A DNA stretch of 64,000 nucleotides from NCBI GenBank assembly GCA_040005235.1, contig JBDTZG010000012.1:46596-110595 (forward strand), written 5' to 3'. The position numbers were made by a program, and so were the translations under genes. The notes beneath the pieces were generated by a model. The model searched no databases and was not told where the DNA came from. It was given only the letters and a program-made list of their open reading frames with translations. This DNA is from Acidobacteriota bacterium (lineage in GTDB: Bacteria > Acidobacteriota > Thermoanaerobaculia > Multivoradales > UBA5704). Below are positions 1-9,630 of this stretch, in pieces (position 1 is the stretch's first letter; the number at the start of each line of letters is the position of its first letter).

Positions 1-1502
1 GTCTGCTCCGGCCAGCCGAGGGTTGAAAACGGCCAGAGCGCGGAGGAGAACCAGGTGTCGAGAACGTCCGGGTCTTGGCTCAGCTCCGCGGCGCTCGCCA
101 CCCCTGCCAGACGCACCGCCTCTTCCTCGTCGTGCGCCACGATCGTCTTGCCGTCGCCGGTGTACCAGGCGGGAATCTGATGGCCCCACCAGAGCTGGCG
201 AGAGATGCACCAGGGCCGGATGTTCGTCAGCCAGTGCTCCCACGTTTTGCCCCAGGTATCAGGGATCAGCCGCAACCGGCCGTCCTCGACCGCCGCGAGC
301 GCCTGGGCCGCCATGCCGGACACGTCGCAGAACCATTGGGTGGAGACGAGCGGCTCGATCGCCTCGCCGCCCCGTTGGCTGTGGCCGACGTTGTGGACGT
401 GATCCTCCACCTTCACCAGATGACCCGCGGCGCGCAACTGCTCGACCACCTTGATCCGCGCCTCTTCGCGGGTGAGCCCGGCGAAATCGGGCCCGGCCTC
501 AGGCGTCATCCGGCCGGACTTGTCGATCACCGAGATGCCGGGCAGGTTGTGGCGCTTGGCGACCTCCAAGTCGTTCGGGTCGTGAAACGGCGTGATCTTC
601 ACGAGACCCGTGCCGAATTCGCGATCGACCATCTCGTCGGGCACGAACGGCAGGCGCCGGCCGAGCAGCGGCAGGATCGCCGCCTTCCCCACGAGATGGG
701 CGTAGCGCTCGTCTTCGGGGTGGAACGCCACGGCCGTGTCGCCGAGCATCGTCTCGGGCCGGGTGGTGGCGACGACGATCCGCTCGCCGGTGCCCTCCGG
801 GTCTCCGGGCTCCCCTTCGATCAGGTATGAGATGTGGTAGAGCTTGCCCTGTACCGTCTTGGTCTCGACTTCGAGATCGGAAACGGCGGTTTCGAGCACC
901 GGCGACCAGTTGACCATGTACTCGCCGCGGGTGATCAGCCCTTCGCGGTAGAGCCGGACGAACGCCTCGCGCACCGCCCGATTGAGCCCTTCGTCCAGCG
1001 TGAAGCGCTCGCGCGTCCAATCGCAGGAGGCGCCCATCAGGTCGAGCTGTTGGCGGATGTTGCCGTGGTATTCCTTCTTCCACTCCCAGGTCCGTTCGAG
1101 GAACGCCTCGCGGCCGAGCGCCTTCCTCGACGTGCCTTCCTTCTCGACCTGCCGCTCGACCATCAACTGCGTGGCGATCCCAGCGTGGTCGGTGCCGGGG
1201 AGCCAGAGCGCGTTTTCGCCGCGCATCCGATGCCAGCGGACCAGGAGGTCCTGAAGGGTCGATTGGAGCGCGTGGCCGATGTGCAGTTTGCCCGTCACGT
1301 TCGGCGGCGGGATCATGATGCAGAAGCTCGGCCGGCCGGGAACCGGGACGACTTCAAAAATCCCCGCCTCCGCCCAACGGCGCTGCCAGACCTGCTCGTA
1401 GGTCGAAGGTTCGAAGCGCTTGTCCATCTCGGACTGGAGCGAGCTTCCCCCGGCTTCGGGCGCGGGATCGGAGGCTTCTGGGGTCGGTTCGGTCGGGCTC
1501 AT
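1..1502 (-). CDS. valS: Valine--tRNA ligase, N-terminal part (runs off the left edge of the window)
   Basis: Manual minus-strand translation from the ATG at 1502: MDKRFEP...IMIPPPNVTGKLHIGHAL (HIGH motif)...WLPGTDHAGIATQ...GASCDWTRERFTLD...VATTRPETMLGDTAVAFHP...FGTGLVKITPFHDPND. It is missing from the ORF track because there is no stop in the window. Confidence 0.97.
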   Translation of the reverse strand, partial: MSPTEPTPEASDPAPEAGGSSLQSEMDKRFEPSTYEQVWQRRWAEAGIFEVVPVPGRPSFCIMIPPPNVTGKLHIGHALQSTLQDLLVRWHRMRGENALWLPGTDHAGIATQLMVERQVEKEGTSRKALGREAFLERTWEWKKEYHGNIRQQLDLMGASCDWTRERFTLDEGLNRAVREAFVRLYREGLITRGEYMVNWSPVLETAVSDLEVETKTVQGKLYHISYLIEGEPGDPEGTGERIVVATTRPETMLGDTAVAFHPEDERYAHLVGKAAILPLLGRRLPFVPDEMVDREFGTGLVKITPFHDPNDLEVAKRHNLPGISVIDKSGRMTPEAGPDFAGLTREEARIKVVEQLRAAGHLVKVEDHVHNVGHSQRGGEAIEPLVSTQWFCDVSGMAAQALAAVEDGRLRLIPDTWGKTWEHWLTNIRPWCISRQLWWGHQIPAWYTGDGKTIVAHDEEEAVRLAGVASAAELSQDPDVLDTWFSSALWPFSTLGWPEQ

Positions 1503-1535
1503 GATCTCGGTCTCTTCGCTGCCATAGGCGTCTCA

Positions 1536-1564
1536 GTAGGGGCGGGGGGAAACCCCGCCCCTAC
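1536..1564. repeat. GTAG-type REP-like palindrome
   Basis: GTAGGGGCGGGG-GGAAA-CCCCGCCCCTAC, a perfect stem in the intergenic gap between the regulator and valS. Confidence 0.7.
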
Positions 1565-1590
1565 ACATTTGGGCCGAGGTTTCTTCAGGT

Positions 1591-2778
1591 TCAGGCGTCG
1601 ACCGCGGCTTCGAGCTCGCGGATCCGGTCGCGGATCACGACTTCGGCGAGATCGGGGATGACTTCCCAGGCGACGTCCCGGACCGGACGGTCGCCGATCA
1701 GCTCGATCACCCGGCGGGCGATCGCGTCGATGTCGGCGTCGGTCAACGCATAGTCGGCGGCGGAACCCGCCGGTGCCGAGGCGATTGATGCCGAGGCGGC
1801 CGATGCGGACGCCGCGGCCGGCGGGGCCGCTGCAGCCGGCGCTGGGGCTACGGGTGCTGGAGCCGCCGCGGCGGGCGCTGCGGGAAAGATCGTCGGCGTC
1901 CAGGGAGCTTCCTGGATCGGCTCGAACGCCGGTTCGGCGATCGAGAGGGCGGCGGGCAGATCGTCGGCGGAAAGATCGAACAGCGGCTCGGGCTCGACGC
2001 GCAGGCCGAGATCGGCCTCGGAGAGCGGCGGCAGAGACGCGCCCTCCTCTTCCACCTCGAAGGTCGACCAGACCGGCTCGGCGGGCGGCAGATAGGCGGG
2101 CTCGACCCCTACCGGAGGATCGTCGGCGAACGTGAAGGCGGGCTCGGCGGGCGGCGCGGGAGGAGGAGGCGCGAACGCCGGGAACGGATCGGCCGCCGGA
2201 GCGGGCGAGAACGCGAAGCCGCCGAACGGGTCGTTGGCAGGGGCTGCCGGGGGCGTCGAAAACGTTGAGAACGTCGGGGCTGGCGGGGCCATCGGAGCCA
2301 TCGGCGCCATCGGAGCCGCGGCGAGCGGCGCAGCCGGAGCGAGCCCGGGGAACGGATCGTCGGCGAAGCTCGGCGGGGCGGGCGGCAGGGCGGCGGGCGG
2401 CAGCGAGGAGGGCGAGCCGGAGGCGAGCAGGTCGTCGACGATCTGCAACAGCTCTTGGGAGTCGAACGGCTTCTTCAGGTGGCGATCCGCGCCGCAGGCC
2501 CGCGCTTCTGCTTCGTCAAAGGGCTCGAACGTGCCGACCAGCAGGAGCACGGGCCGATCCCGGCGGAGCGCTTTGGCGCGGCGGGCGACCTCGTAGCCGT
2601 TCGCCCCCGGCATGTGGACGTCGGCGATGACCACGTCCGGATCGACCGAGTCGAGCAACGCGATCGCTTCGTCGCCGTTGCCGACCGCCCGAACTTCGTA
2701 GTCACCGTCCATGAAGGTCAGCTCGATCACCTTCTGGATCGTCACGCTGTCGTCGGCCAGCAGGATGCGTCGGCTCAT
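1591..2778 (-). CDS. RomR-like response regulator (receiver domain, Pro/Ala/acidic linker, conserved C-terminal helix)
   Basis: N-terminal receiver (ILLADDS...IADVHMP...KKPF); long low-complexity Pro-rich linker; C-terminal VRDVAWEVIPDLAEVVIRDRIREL resembles the RomR C-terminal region; lies directly upstream of valS. Confidence 0.8.
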   Translation of the reverse strand: MSRRILLADDSVTIQKVIELTFMDGDYEVRAVGNGDEAIALLDSVDPDVVIADVHMPGANGYEVARRAKALRRDRPVLLLVGTFEPFDEAEARACGADRHLKKPFDSQELLQIVDDLLASGSPSSLPPAALPPAPPSFADDPFPGLAPAAPLAAAPMAPMAPMAPPAPTFSTFSTPPAAPANDPFGGFAFSPAPAADPFPAFAPPPPAPPAEPAFTFADDPPVGVEPAYLPPAEPVWSTFEVEEEGASLPPLSEADLGLRVEPEPLFDLSADDLPAALSIAEPAFEPIQEAPWTPTIFPAAPAAAAPAPVAPAPAAAAPPAAASASAASASIASAPAGSAADYALTDADIDAIARRVIELIGDRPVRDVAWEVIPDLAEVVIRDRIRELEAAVDA

Positions 2779-2824
2779 TGGGTTCGTTCTCCGGTCTGCT
2801 TAAACTTAAAGCGGCCCCTTAGCT

Positions 2825-3226
2825 TCAGGCCGCCTCTAAACGTTGCTTCAAGTAGTCCACGATGTCTCGGGTCGCCGTACCGGGCAGGAAGATCGCATCC
2901 ACGCCCGCGAGTTTGAGCTTCGGAATGTCCGCCGCCGGGATGATCCCCCCGGCGAAGACCAGCACGTCCGCGGCCCCCTGGTCGCGCAACAAGCGCGTCA
3001 CCTCGGGCAGCAGGCTGTTGTGCGCACCCGACAGGATCGACAGGCCGACGGCGTCGACGTCCTCCTGCACGGCGGCGGCGGCGATCTGCTCCGGCGTCTG
3101 GCGCAGCCCGGTGTAGATCACCTCGTATCCGGCGTCGCGCAAGGCCCGCGCCACCACTTTCGCTCCCCGATCGTGGCCGTCCAAACCCGGCTTCGCGATC
3201 AGCACCCGCACCCGTCGATTCGTCAT
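2825..3226 (-). CDS. Cobalamin-binding domain protein (methylmalonyl-CoA mutase C-terminal/small subunit type)
   Basis: [14 protein letters not shown] (DxHxxG B12 motif), [14 protein letters not shown]. Confidence 0.93.
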   Translation of the reverse strand: MTNRRVRVLIAKPGLDGHDRGAKVVARALRDAGYEVIYTGLRQTPEQIAAAAVQEDVDAVGLSILSGAHNSLLPEVTRLLRDQGAADVLVFAGGIIPAADIPKLKLAGVDAIFLPGTATRDIVDYLKQRLEAA

Positions 3227-3411
3227 AAGTCCCAAGTTTATCAGACGCCTACCCGTTTGGGCGTGGGACACGGTGCCTATCGCTCTGTTAGAATAAGTTC
3301 CCCCGGCCGTGAGGCCGAGAGTCCATTCGCGGGATCCCCATCGATCTCAGCTCAGGCCGCTCAGGCCAAATTTCAGGTCCCTCGGCGGACCAGAAATCGG
3401 GACATTTTCTA

Positions 3412-5436
3412 ATGAAATACCTTCGCCTTCGTGCCCTTGGTGTACGCCGCTCTCTTCTCACCCTTCTCTGTCTCGCAGCTTCTTTCACCCCGGCGCTCCG
3501 CGCCCAGCAGCCAAGCCTGCCTGCCAACAAGAGCGGCTTCCCGATCTCGATTCCCGGCCAGCTCGTGAACAATGGCAACGGCAACGGCGTGTTCAGCCAG
3601 CCGGTGGCTGCGGACCTCGGCCTCTCGCCGGGATTCAAATCGATCGTCTTCGGCCTACGCAACGGCAGGCTCTACGTGATCTACCGCAATCCGGCCAACG
3701 GCGTCTGGGGAGTGGCGCCCGGCTTTCCAGTGCAGTTGCCGAGCCACATCGCGGCGAGCCCGACGGTCGGCGACGTCACCGGCGACGGGGTCGCCGAGAT
3801 CGCGGTCGGCTACGGCTCGACGCTACAGGGCGCGCCACCGAACCCCGCGCCCGGAGGGTTCCGGGTCTACCGCAACAACGGCACGCTGCTCTGGCAGAAG
3901 ATCACCGAAGATCGGGTGGAGGGCGTGGACGGCCAGCCCGACCCGGTGGTCGGCTCGGCGGCGATCGGCGACGTCGATGGCGACGGCGATCCCGACGTAG
4001 TGTTCGGCGGGTTCGATTACAACCTCTACCTGGTCGACGGTCCGACCGGCAACAACCTTGCCGGCTGGCCGAAGTTCATGCGCGACACGGTGTTCTCGTC
4101 GCCCGTTCTCCACGACATCGACGGCGACGGCAAGAAAGACGTGATCTTGGGCGTCGACGCCCATCAGGAAGGCTCGCCGTTCTTCACCCCGAACGGCGGC
4201 TGCCTGCGCGTCTTCCGCTACGACGCCACCGGCACCGGCTTATCGAGCATGACCATGTTGGGCTCGCCGATCAGCGAAATCCCGGGCTTTCCCAAGTGCG
4301 TCGACCAGGTGATCGTAAGCTCCCCCGCGGTGGGCGACATCGACGGCGACGGCCGTCCGGAGATCATCCACGGCACGGGCTCGTTTTATGCCGGCCGCCA
4401 GCAAAAGATCTACGGCTGGCACTGCGACGGCTCGCCGGTCTGGGGTAGCGTCGCCAACCCGGGCCTCGCGGTGACCGGCCAGGTGATCACCGATCCGGCG
4501 CTTGCCGACATCACCGGCGACGGCATTCTCGACGTCCTCTTCACCACCGACAACACCTCGCCGGCCACGACGTTCCTACTTCACGCCGTCCGCGCGAACG
4601 GCACCGACATCTTCCCGCCGGTGGCGCCGAAGAGCTTTTTCGGCAATACCCCGAACGCGGGCGACCCGATCGTCGCCGACGTTCTCGGCGACACGGCGCT
4701 CGAAATCCTGGTGCCGGTCAATACCGAGGTCGCGGCGTTCACCACCGCGGGCGTGCAACTCACCGAGACGACGCCGCACCCGAATCCGGTCGTCAAGCCG
4801 AGCTTCTATACCGCCAACACCGTCTCCGGCGTGGCGGTCACCGATCTCGAAACCAACGGCGCGGGCGCTCAGTCCGAGGTGGTCGTGGTCTCCGCAACGC
4901 CGTTCTCAACCCAGAGCGATACCCAGGTCAACGTCTGGACCCCGATCAACCGGGTCGGCGCCATGCCCTGGCCGATGTTCCACCAAAATCCGCTGCGCAC
5001 CGGGGTGGTCCCGGGAACGGGACCTTGCGCGGTTCACGGCGTGTGCAACATCTCCAACGTCGCCCGTCAGTTCTTCACCCTCTCCCCTTGCCGGATCCTC
5101 GACACGCGCAACGCCAACGGACCCTACGGCGGGCCGGCCCTCACCTCGGGTGCCCTGCGCGACTTCTCGGTCTTCGGCGTCTGCGGCATTCCGATCACCG
5201 CGCGCGCGATCTCGACCAACGTCACCGTGGTCGCGCCCACCAGCAGCGGCTTCGTCCGCTTCTCACCCGGCTGCGAAGTCCCGGTCCCCGCGGTGGTCAA
5301 TTTCTCGCCCAATCAGGTCCGCGGCAACAACGCGGTTCTGTCGATCAGCGACACGGGCGTCCTCACCGGCAACTCCTTCGTCGGCGGCAACGGCACGGTC
5401 CACGTGATCGTGGACGTGAACGGGTATTACCAGTAG
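3412..5436 (+). CDS. Secreted FG-GAP/VCBS-repeat beta-propeller protein with a C-terminal 'PCRxxDTR...VDVNGY' domain
   Basis: Signal peptide; repeated GDVDGDG/GDIDGDG/ADITGDG Ca-binding motifs; WPMFHQN; C-terminal LSPCRILDTR...CGIP...NVTVV...VIVDVNGYY domain. Confidence 0.85.
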   Translation: MKYLRLRALGVRRSLLTLLCLAASFTPALRAQQPSLPANKSGFPISIPGQLVNNGNGNGVFSQPVAADLGLSPGFKSIVFGLRNGRLYVIYRNPANGVWGVAPGFPVQLPSHIAASPTVGDVTGDGVAEIAVGYGSTLQGAPPNPAPGGFRVYRNNGTLLWQKITEDRVEGVDGQPDPVVGSAAIGDVDGDGDPDVVFGGFDYNLYLVDGPTGNNLAGWPKFMRDTVFSSPVLHDIDGDGKKDVILGVDAHQEGSPFFTPNGGCLRVFRYDATGTGLSSMTMLGSPISEIPGFPKCVDQVIVSSPAVGDIDGDGRPEIIHGTGSFYAGRQQKIYGWHCDGSPVWGSVANPGLAVTGQVITDPALADITGDGILDVLFTTDNTSPATTFLLHAVRANGTDIFPPVAPKSFFGNTPNAGDPIVADVLGDTALEILVPVNTEVAAFTTAGVQLTETTPHPNPVVKPSFYTANTVSGVAVTDLETNGAGAQSEVVVVSATPFSTQSDTQVNVWTPINRVGAMPWPMFHQNPLRTGVVPGTGPCAVHGVCNISNVARQFFTLSPCRILDTRNANGPYGGPALTSGALRDFSVFGVCGIPITARAISTNVTVVAPTSSGFVRFSPGCEVPVPAVVNFSPNQVRGNNAVLSISDTGVLTGNSFVGGNGTVHVIVDVNGYYQ

Positions 5437-5439
5437 GGG

Positions 5440-6123
5440 CTAGGCACGCCGGGCGAGCGCGAGCAGCTGATAGCCGAGCAGCGTCGGCATCAGCCGCGTG
5501 AGCCCGACGAGCAGCCCTTCGGCCGGGGTGAGCAGCCAGCCCGGCCAACCCGGGAGCGCGAGGCGGAGCGGCAGGGTCGAAACCGCCCGCCTCTCGACCC
5601 GGAATCCCGCCGCTGCCAACCGGCGTTCGAGGGTTCGGCGGGTCAGAAACACCCGATGGGTCCGGTCGAGAATTCCGCGCTCCGCGTAGTCGAAGCGACC
5701 GAACAACAGCGCCAGGCGGACGGTCAGGTTCGCGATGTTCGGCACCGAGACCAGCAGCGGTGCCCCGGAGGGCAGCGCAGCCGCAAGCTGGGCGAGCGTA
5801 CGATCCGGATCGACCAGGTGTTCGAGCACGTCGGCGGCGAGCGCGGCGTCGAAGCTGCGGGGCAGTCGGTCGAGGGTTTCGAGATCGACGATCGCCCCTC
5901 CGGCGAAACGCTCCGCGAGCGGTGCCAAACCTTCCAAGCTCCCTTCGAGCCCGACCCAATGGAGATCGGCGCGCCCGGCCAGCCGCGCCACCTGGCCGGT
6001 GCCCGGTCCCAGCTCCAGCAGGCGAACCCCTATGGGCAGCTCGCGCACCCAGGCCGCGAGTTGCCGGTGACTGGAGCCGTGGAAATCCTTGAGCACGTAG
6101 CTCCCGGGAGCCGGCGTGATCAT
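5440..6123 (-). CDS. Class I SAM-dependent methyltransferase (glycan-cluster type)
   Basis: LLELGPGTG motif I; ADVLEHLVDP; SVPN; GILDRTH. Confidence 0.88.
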   Translation of the reverse strand: MITPAPGSYVLKDFHGSSHRQLAAWVRELPIGVRLLELGPGTGQVARLAGRADLHWVGLEGSLEGLAPLAERFAGGAIVDLETLDRLPRSFDAALAADVLEHLVDPDRTLAQLAAALPSGAPLLVSVPNIANLTVRLALLFGRFDYAERGILDRTHRVFLTRRTLERRLAAAGFRVERRAVSTLPLRLALPGWPGWLLTPAEGLLVGLTRLMPTLLGYQLLALARRA

Positions 6124-7019
6124 TCGGCCTCTCCGGGCTGCGCGGGAGCCGGGGTCAATTCGATCGCCTCGGCGGCCGCCAGCAGGGGATAGCGAAGGAT
6201 CTTCTTCTTGTGCAGCTTGTAGCGCACGAGCACGCCCAGGATCGAAAAACCGTACTGGACGCTCTTCCAGAAACCGATCTGGGACGCCTCGTCGAAATAG
6301 CGCGTGGCGATCGGGATCTCGCGAATCCGCAATCTGCGCCAGACCCCTTGGGCGATGATCTCGGTGTCGAACACGAAGTTGTCCGAGTTCGCTTCGAGGG
6401 CGACCCCTTCGAGGTAGCGCCGGCTATAGGCCCGCAGGCCGGAGTGGTATTCCGACAGGAAAACGTAAAACGTGGCGTTCGCGAGCGCGGTGAGCCCCAG
6501 GTTTGCCAGGTACTTCCACTTCGGCATTCCCCCTTCGAGCGGCCGGCCGCCGAGCATTCGACTGCCGAACACGGCGTCGCATTCGCCCGAGATCAATGGC
6601 CCGACCAGCTGGGGGATCGCCTTGGGATCGTACTGATGGTCGGGATGGACCATCACCACGATGTCCGCCCCGCGCGCGAGCGCCTCGCGGTAGCAGGTCT
6701 TCTGGTTGCCGCCATAGCCCCGATTCTGCGGATGGACGACCGTATGAATCCCCAACTCGCGGGCGATCGCCACGGTCCGGTCCCGGCTGCCGTCGTCAAC
6801 CAGCACGACGTCATCCACCCAACGTAACGGCAGATCGGAAAACGTCCGCTCGAGCGTCGTCTCCGCGTTGTAGGCGGGCATGACGACGCAGATCTTCTGC
6901 AGACGGGGCGCACCAGTCGCGGTTTCCACGGCAGCGAAGTCTAGGGGGCTCCGCGGCAGGAATCCAGCTTGAACGGCGATTCCGCCGCCGTCCGTCCCCC
7001 TCTCTTCCCCACCCATCAC
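6120..7019 (-). CDS. Glycosyltransferase family 2 (DPM1/polyprenol-phosphate type)
   Basis: VVMPAYN, LVDDGSRD, NRGYGGNQK, MVHPDHQY, FGSR, FDTEI. Start codon uncertain. Confidence 0.9.
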   Translation of the reverse strand: MMGGEERGTDGGGIAVQAGFLPRSPLDFAAVETATGAPRLQKICVVMPAYNAETTLERTFSDLPLRWVDDVVLVDDGSRDRTVAIARELGIHTVVHPQNRGYGGNQKTCYREALARGADIVVMVHPDHQYDPKAIPQLVGPLISGECDAVFGSRMLGGRPLEGGMPKWKYLANLGLTALANATFYVFLSEYHSGLRAYSRRYLEGVALEANSDNFVFDTEIIAQGVWRRLRIREIPIATRYFDEASQIGFWKSVQYGFSILGVLVRYKLHKKKILRYPLLAAAEAIELTPAPAQPGEAE

Positions 7020-7058
7020 GTTCTACGGATATACTCCGGTCCCTTTTCGAGGTTCTTG

Positions 7059-7412
7059 ATGCCTTCCGTAGAGACTGCCGAAGCCCGACCCATGCCTATT
7101 CCGGCCTCCCGCTCGCTGGAGAACGCGATTGAGGATGCCGAGCGGTTCGGTCGATTGGAGGCCGAGGCATTCGAAGCCGGGCTGCGCGAGATCGAGCAGC
7201 GGGAACGCGAGAACCTGATGGGAAAGACGGCGCTCGCCTCGGATCAGTTCGGTCCCGGGGTCCAAGACGACCTCCCGGTGGCGACTAGTACGGAAGTGCT
7301 TCGTCTCCGCCGTGAGATCGACCGGCTCGCCGATTTTCACCGGACGCTCCTCCATTCGCGATCTTGGCGCCTGCTCCAGGCGCTCAAGCGTCCGATCGGA
7401 CGGGCCTGGTAG
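7059..7412 (+). CDS. Small hypothetical coiled-coil protein ending in an 'SRSWR' amphipathic motif
   Basis: GAGG before the ATG at 7059; EVLRLRREIDRL...LLHSRSWRLLQALKR; first gene of the run leading into the glycosyltransferase. Confidence 0.6.
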   Translation: MPSVETAEARPMPIPASRSLENAIEDAERFGRLEAEAFEAGLREIEQRERENLMGKTALASDQFGPGVQDDLPVATSTEVLRLRREIDRLADFHRTLLHSRSWRLLQALKRPIGRAW

Positions 7413-7434
7413 GGGATCGGGGCGCAAAGGAACG

Positions 7435-7737
7435 ATGCCGAACGACCGGGACGCTTTGGAGTCCGCGCTACGGATCGCCCGCCTCGAAGCGCGGGTGGCC
7501 ACGCTCGAAGAGGCGTTGCTGCGCCGCTCCAGGGAGTTGCGCGAGCTGCAGCGTCATCTGCCGAGCTGGGAGCTTTTGAACCTGTCGCGCCTGGCCGGCG
7601 GGCTGCCTCCGGTTCCCCACGGACGCTACGACCTCGAAGTCTGGCGCGAGACGACCGCACTTTCCCACGCGAGCGTAGAAGAGACGCTGCTCGACCTTTG
7701 GCAGAGCCTGACCCCTACAGTCGCCGCCTCCCGATGA
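7435..7737 (+). CDS. Small hypothetical protein with an N-terminal coiled coil
   Basis: AAGGA RBS; RIARLEARVATLEEALLRRSRELRELQR; ATGA overlap with the next gene. Confidence 0.6.
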   Translation: MPNDRDALESALRIARLEARVATLEEALLRRSRELRELQRHLPSWELLNLSRLAGGLPPVPHGRYDLEVWRETTALSHASVEETLLDLWQSLTPTVAASR

Positions 7738-9620
7738 CCGATTTTGCCTCGACATCGCCTCCCGGCGCCCCGTCGCGGAAGGCCACGCTGCTGGTTCTCG
7801 CCTGGAATCGTTGGGATCTCACCGAGCGCTGCCTCGCCACCCTGCTTACGACCGACCTTAGAAACACCGAGGTTCTGGTGGTCGACAACGGTTCGACCGA
7901 TGAGACGCCGGAGCGGCTGGCCGAAATCAGCGGGATCCGCGTGCTGCGGCTGCCTAAAAACCTCGGCTTCGTGCGCGGCAACAACGCCGGAATCGCCGCC
8001 GTCGATCCGGCCAACGACATCGTCTTGTTGAACAACGACCTGATTTTTACTCAGGACGACTGGCTGACCCGCCTGCGCGCGGCCGCCGTGTCGGACCCGA
8101 AGATCGGCGTCGTCGGCGCCCGGCTGCGGCTGCCGGACGGCAGGTTGCTCCATGCCGGAACTTACATCCTGCCCGACACCATGTGGGGCCAGCAGATCGG
8201 ATCGCTCGAACAGGACCTCGGCCAGTACACGGCGGAGGTCCGCGAGGTCGAGGGGATCGTCTTTGCCTGCGCCTATATCAAGCGCGAGCTGATGGCGCAG
8301 ATCGGCGGCCTGGCGCTCGATTTCGAGTCGTATTTCGAGGACACCGACTACTGCTTGCGGGCGCGGGACGCGGGCTTTAAGACCGTCGTCTGCGGCGGCG
8401 TCACTCTGATCCATGACGAGCACGGCTCGACCCAAAACGACCCCGATTCGCTCGGCCGCCTGTTCCAGACCAGCCGCGCGACGTTCCGGGCGAAATGGGG
8501 ATCGGATCTGGCGGACCGCTACGGGCATCGCCTGCTCTGGCAGTCGATCATGAACTTCCCCACCGGCTACGCGATGAGCTGCCGCGAGATCCTGCGCGCG
8601 CTCGATGCCGAGGGGGTGGAGGTCGCCTACCGCTACGTCTACGGGCCGCGCACGGTATTTCCGCCCAACGAGCCGGAGGACAGCGAGGACTACCGGCTGA
8701 ACGTGCTGCGCTCGCGGCGCGTCTCGTGGCGCCCGAAAGCCTCGGTGGTCTACGGCCAGGCCGACGTCTTTGGCAGCAACCGCGGCCGGATCAAGATTGG
8801 CTACACGATGCTCGAAGTCGACGGCTTCCCCCGCGACTGGGTGCGCGCGGCGCAGAAGATGGCCGAGGTCTGGGTGCCGAGCGAGTTCAACCGGCAGGGA
8901 TTTCTCGACTCGGGTCTCACCCGGCCGATCCAGATCGTCCCTCTCGGCGTCGACACCCATTATTTCCATCCCGGGCTCCACTCCTTCCCCAACCCGCATG
9001 GGGAATACGTCTTCTTCTCCGCATTCGAGTGGGGGGAGCGCAAAGAGCCCGGTCTGCTGCTCAAGATCTTCAACGACGAGTTCGGCTGCGACGAGCCGGT
9101 GCGTCTGGTCTGCAAGGTGATCAATCGCGATCCCGGCTTGAAGCTCAAGGAGGAGATCCGCGCCCTGCGCCTGCGCGATCAGGGGGGCCGGATCTCGTTC
9201 CTGTTCAACCAGGAGTTCCCCCACTATCAGCTCGGTTCGCTCTACCGGTCAATGGACTGTTTCGTCTCGGTGTCGCGCGGCGAGGGGTGGAACATGCCGC
9301 TGATGGAGGCGATGGCCTGCGGCCTTCCCGCGATCGCCACCGATTGGGGCGCTCATCGCGAGTTCGTCCACGAGGGGAACGCCTATCCGCTGCGCGTTCG
9401 CGGCACCATCCCCGCGATCGCAAAGTGCCCCTATTACACGGGTTTCCGTTGGGCCGATCCGGACCCCGACCACCTGCGCCACCTGATGCGCTGGGTGTTC
9501 GAGCACCGCGACGAGGCGCGGGCCAAAGGCGCCCAAGCCGCCCGCGAGGTCGCCGAACGTTGGACCTGGCGGCACACCGCGCAGAAGATCGTCGCGCGGT
9601 TGACGGCATTGGGCGCCTGA
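7734..9620 (+). CDS. Fused GT2 + GT4-like glycosyltransferase
   Basis: N-terminal GT2 (VVDNGSTD, NLGFVRGNN, LLNND, YFEDTDYC); C-terminal GT-B (VWVPSEFN, VPLGVD, ERK, RGEGWNMPLMEAMACGLPAIAT). Confidence 0.92.
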   Translation: MTDFASTSPPGAPSRKATLLVLAWNRWDLTERCLATLLTTDLRNTEVLVVDNGSTDETPERLAEISGIRVLRLPKNLGFVRGNNAGIAAVDPANDIVLLNNDLIFTQDDWLTRLRAAAVSDPKIGVVGARLRLPDGRLLHAGTYILPDTMWGQQIGSLEQDLGQYTAEVREVEGIVFACAYIKRELMAQIGGLALDFESYFEDTDYCLRARDAGFKTVVCGGVTLIHDEHGSTQNDPDSLGRLFQTSRATFRAKWGSDLADRYGHRLLWQSIMNFPTGYAMSCREILRALDAEGVEVAYRYVYGPRTVFPPNEPEDSEDYRLNVLRSRRVSWRPKASVVYGQADVFGSNRGRIKIGYTMLEVDGFPRDWVRAAQKMAEVWVPSEFNRQGFLDSGLTRPIQIVPLGVDTHYFHPGLHSFPNPHGEYVFFSAFEWGERKEPGLLLKIFNDEFGCDEPVRLVCKVINRDPGLKLKEEIRALRLRDQGGRISFLFNQEFPHYQLGSLYRSMDCFVSVSRGEGWNMPLMEAMACGLPAIATDWGAHREFVHEGNAYPLRVRGTIPAIAKCPYYTGFRWADPDPDHLRHLMRWVFEHRDEARAKGAQAAREVAERWTWRHTAQKIVARLTALGA

Positions 9621-9630
9621 GAACGTCGCC

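Noticed and set aside
75-1661. Long plus-strand ORFs (75-830, 834-1661) and the many similar antisense or alternate-frame ORFs across the window
   Set aside because: They are shadow ORFs of real high-GC genes (here valS on the minus strand), with Arg/Pro/Gly-rich composition and no motifs.
2825-3226. Split B12-binding domain, and accC/accB without a carboxyltransferase gene, as novel pathways
   Set aside because: Dispersed subunits of methylmalonyl-CoA mutase and acyl-CoA carboxylases are commonplace.
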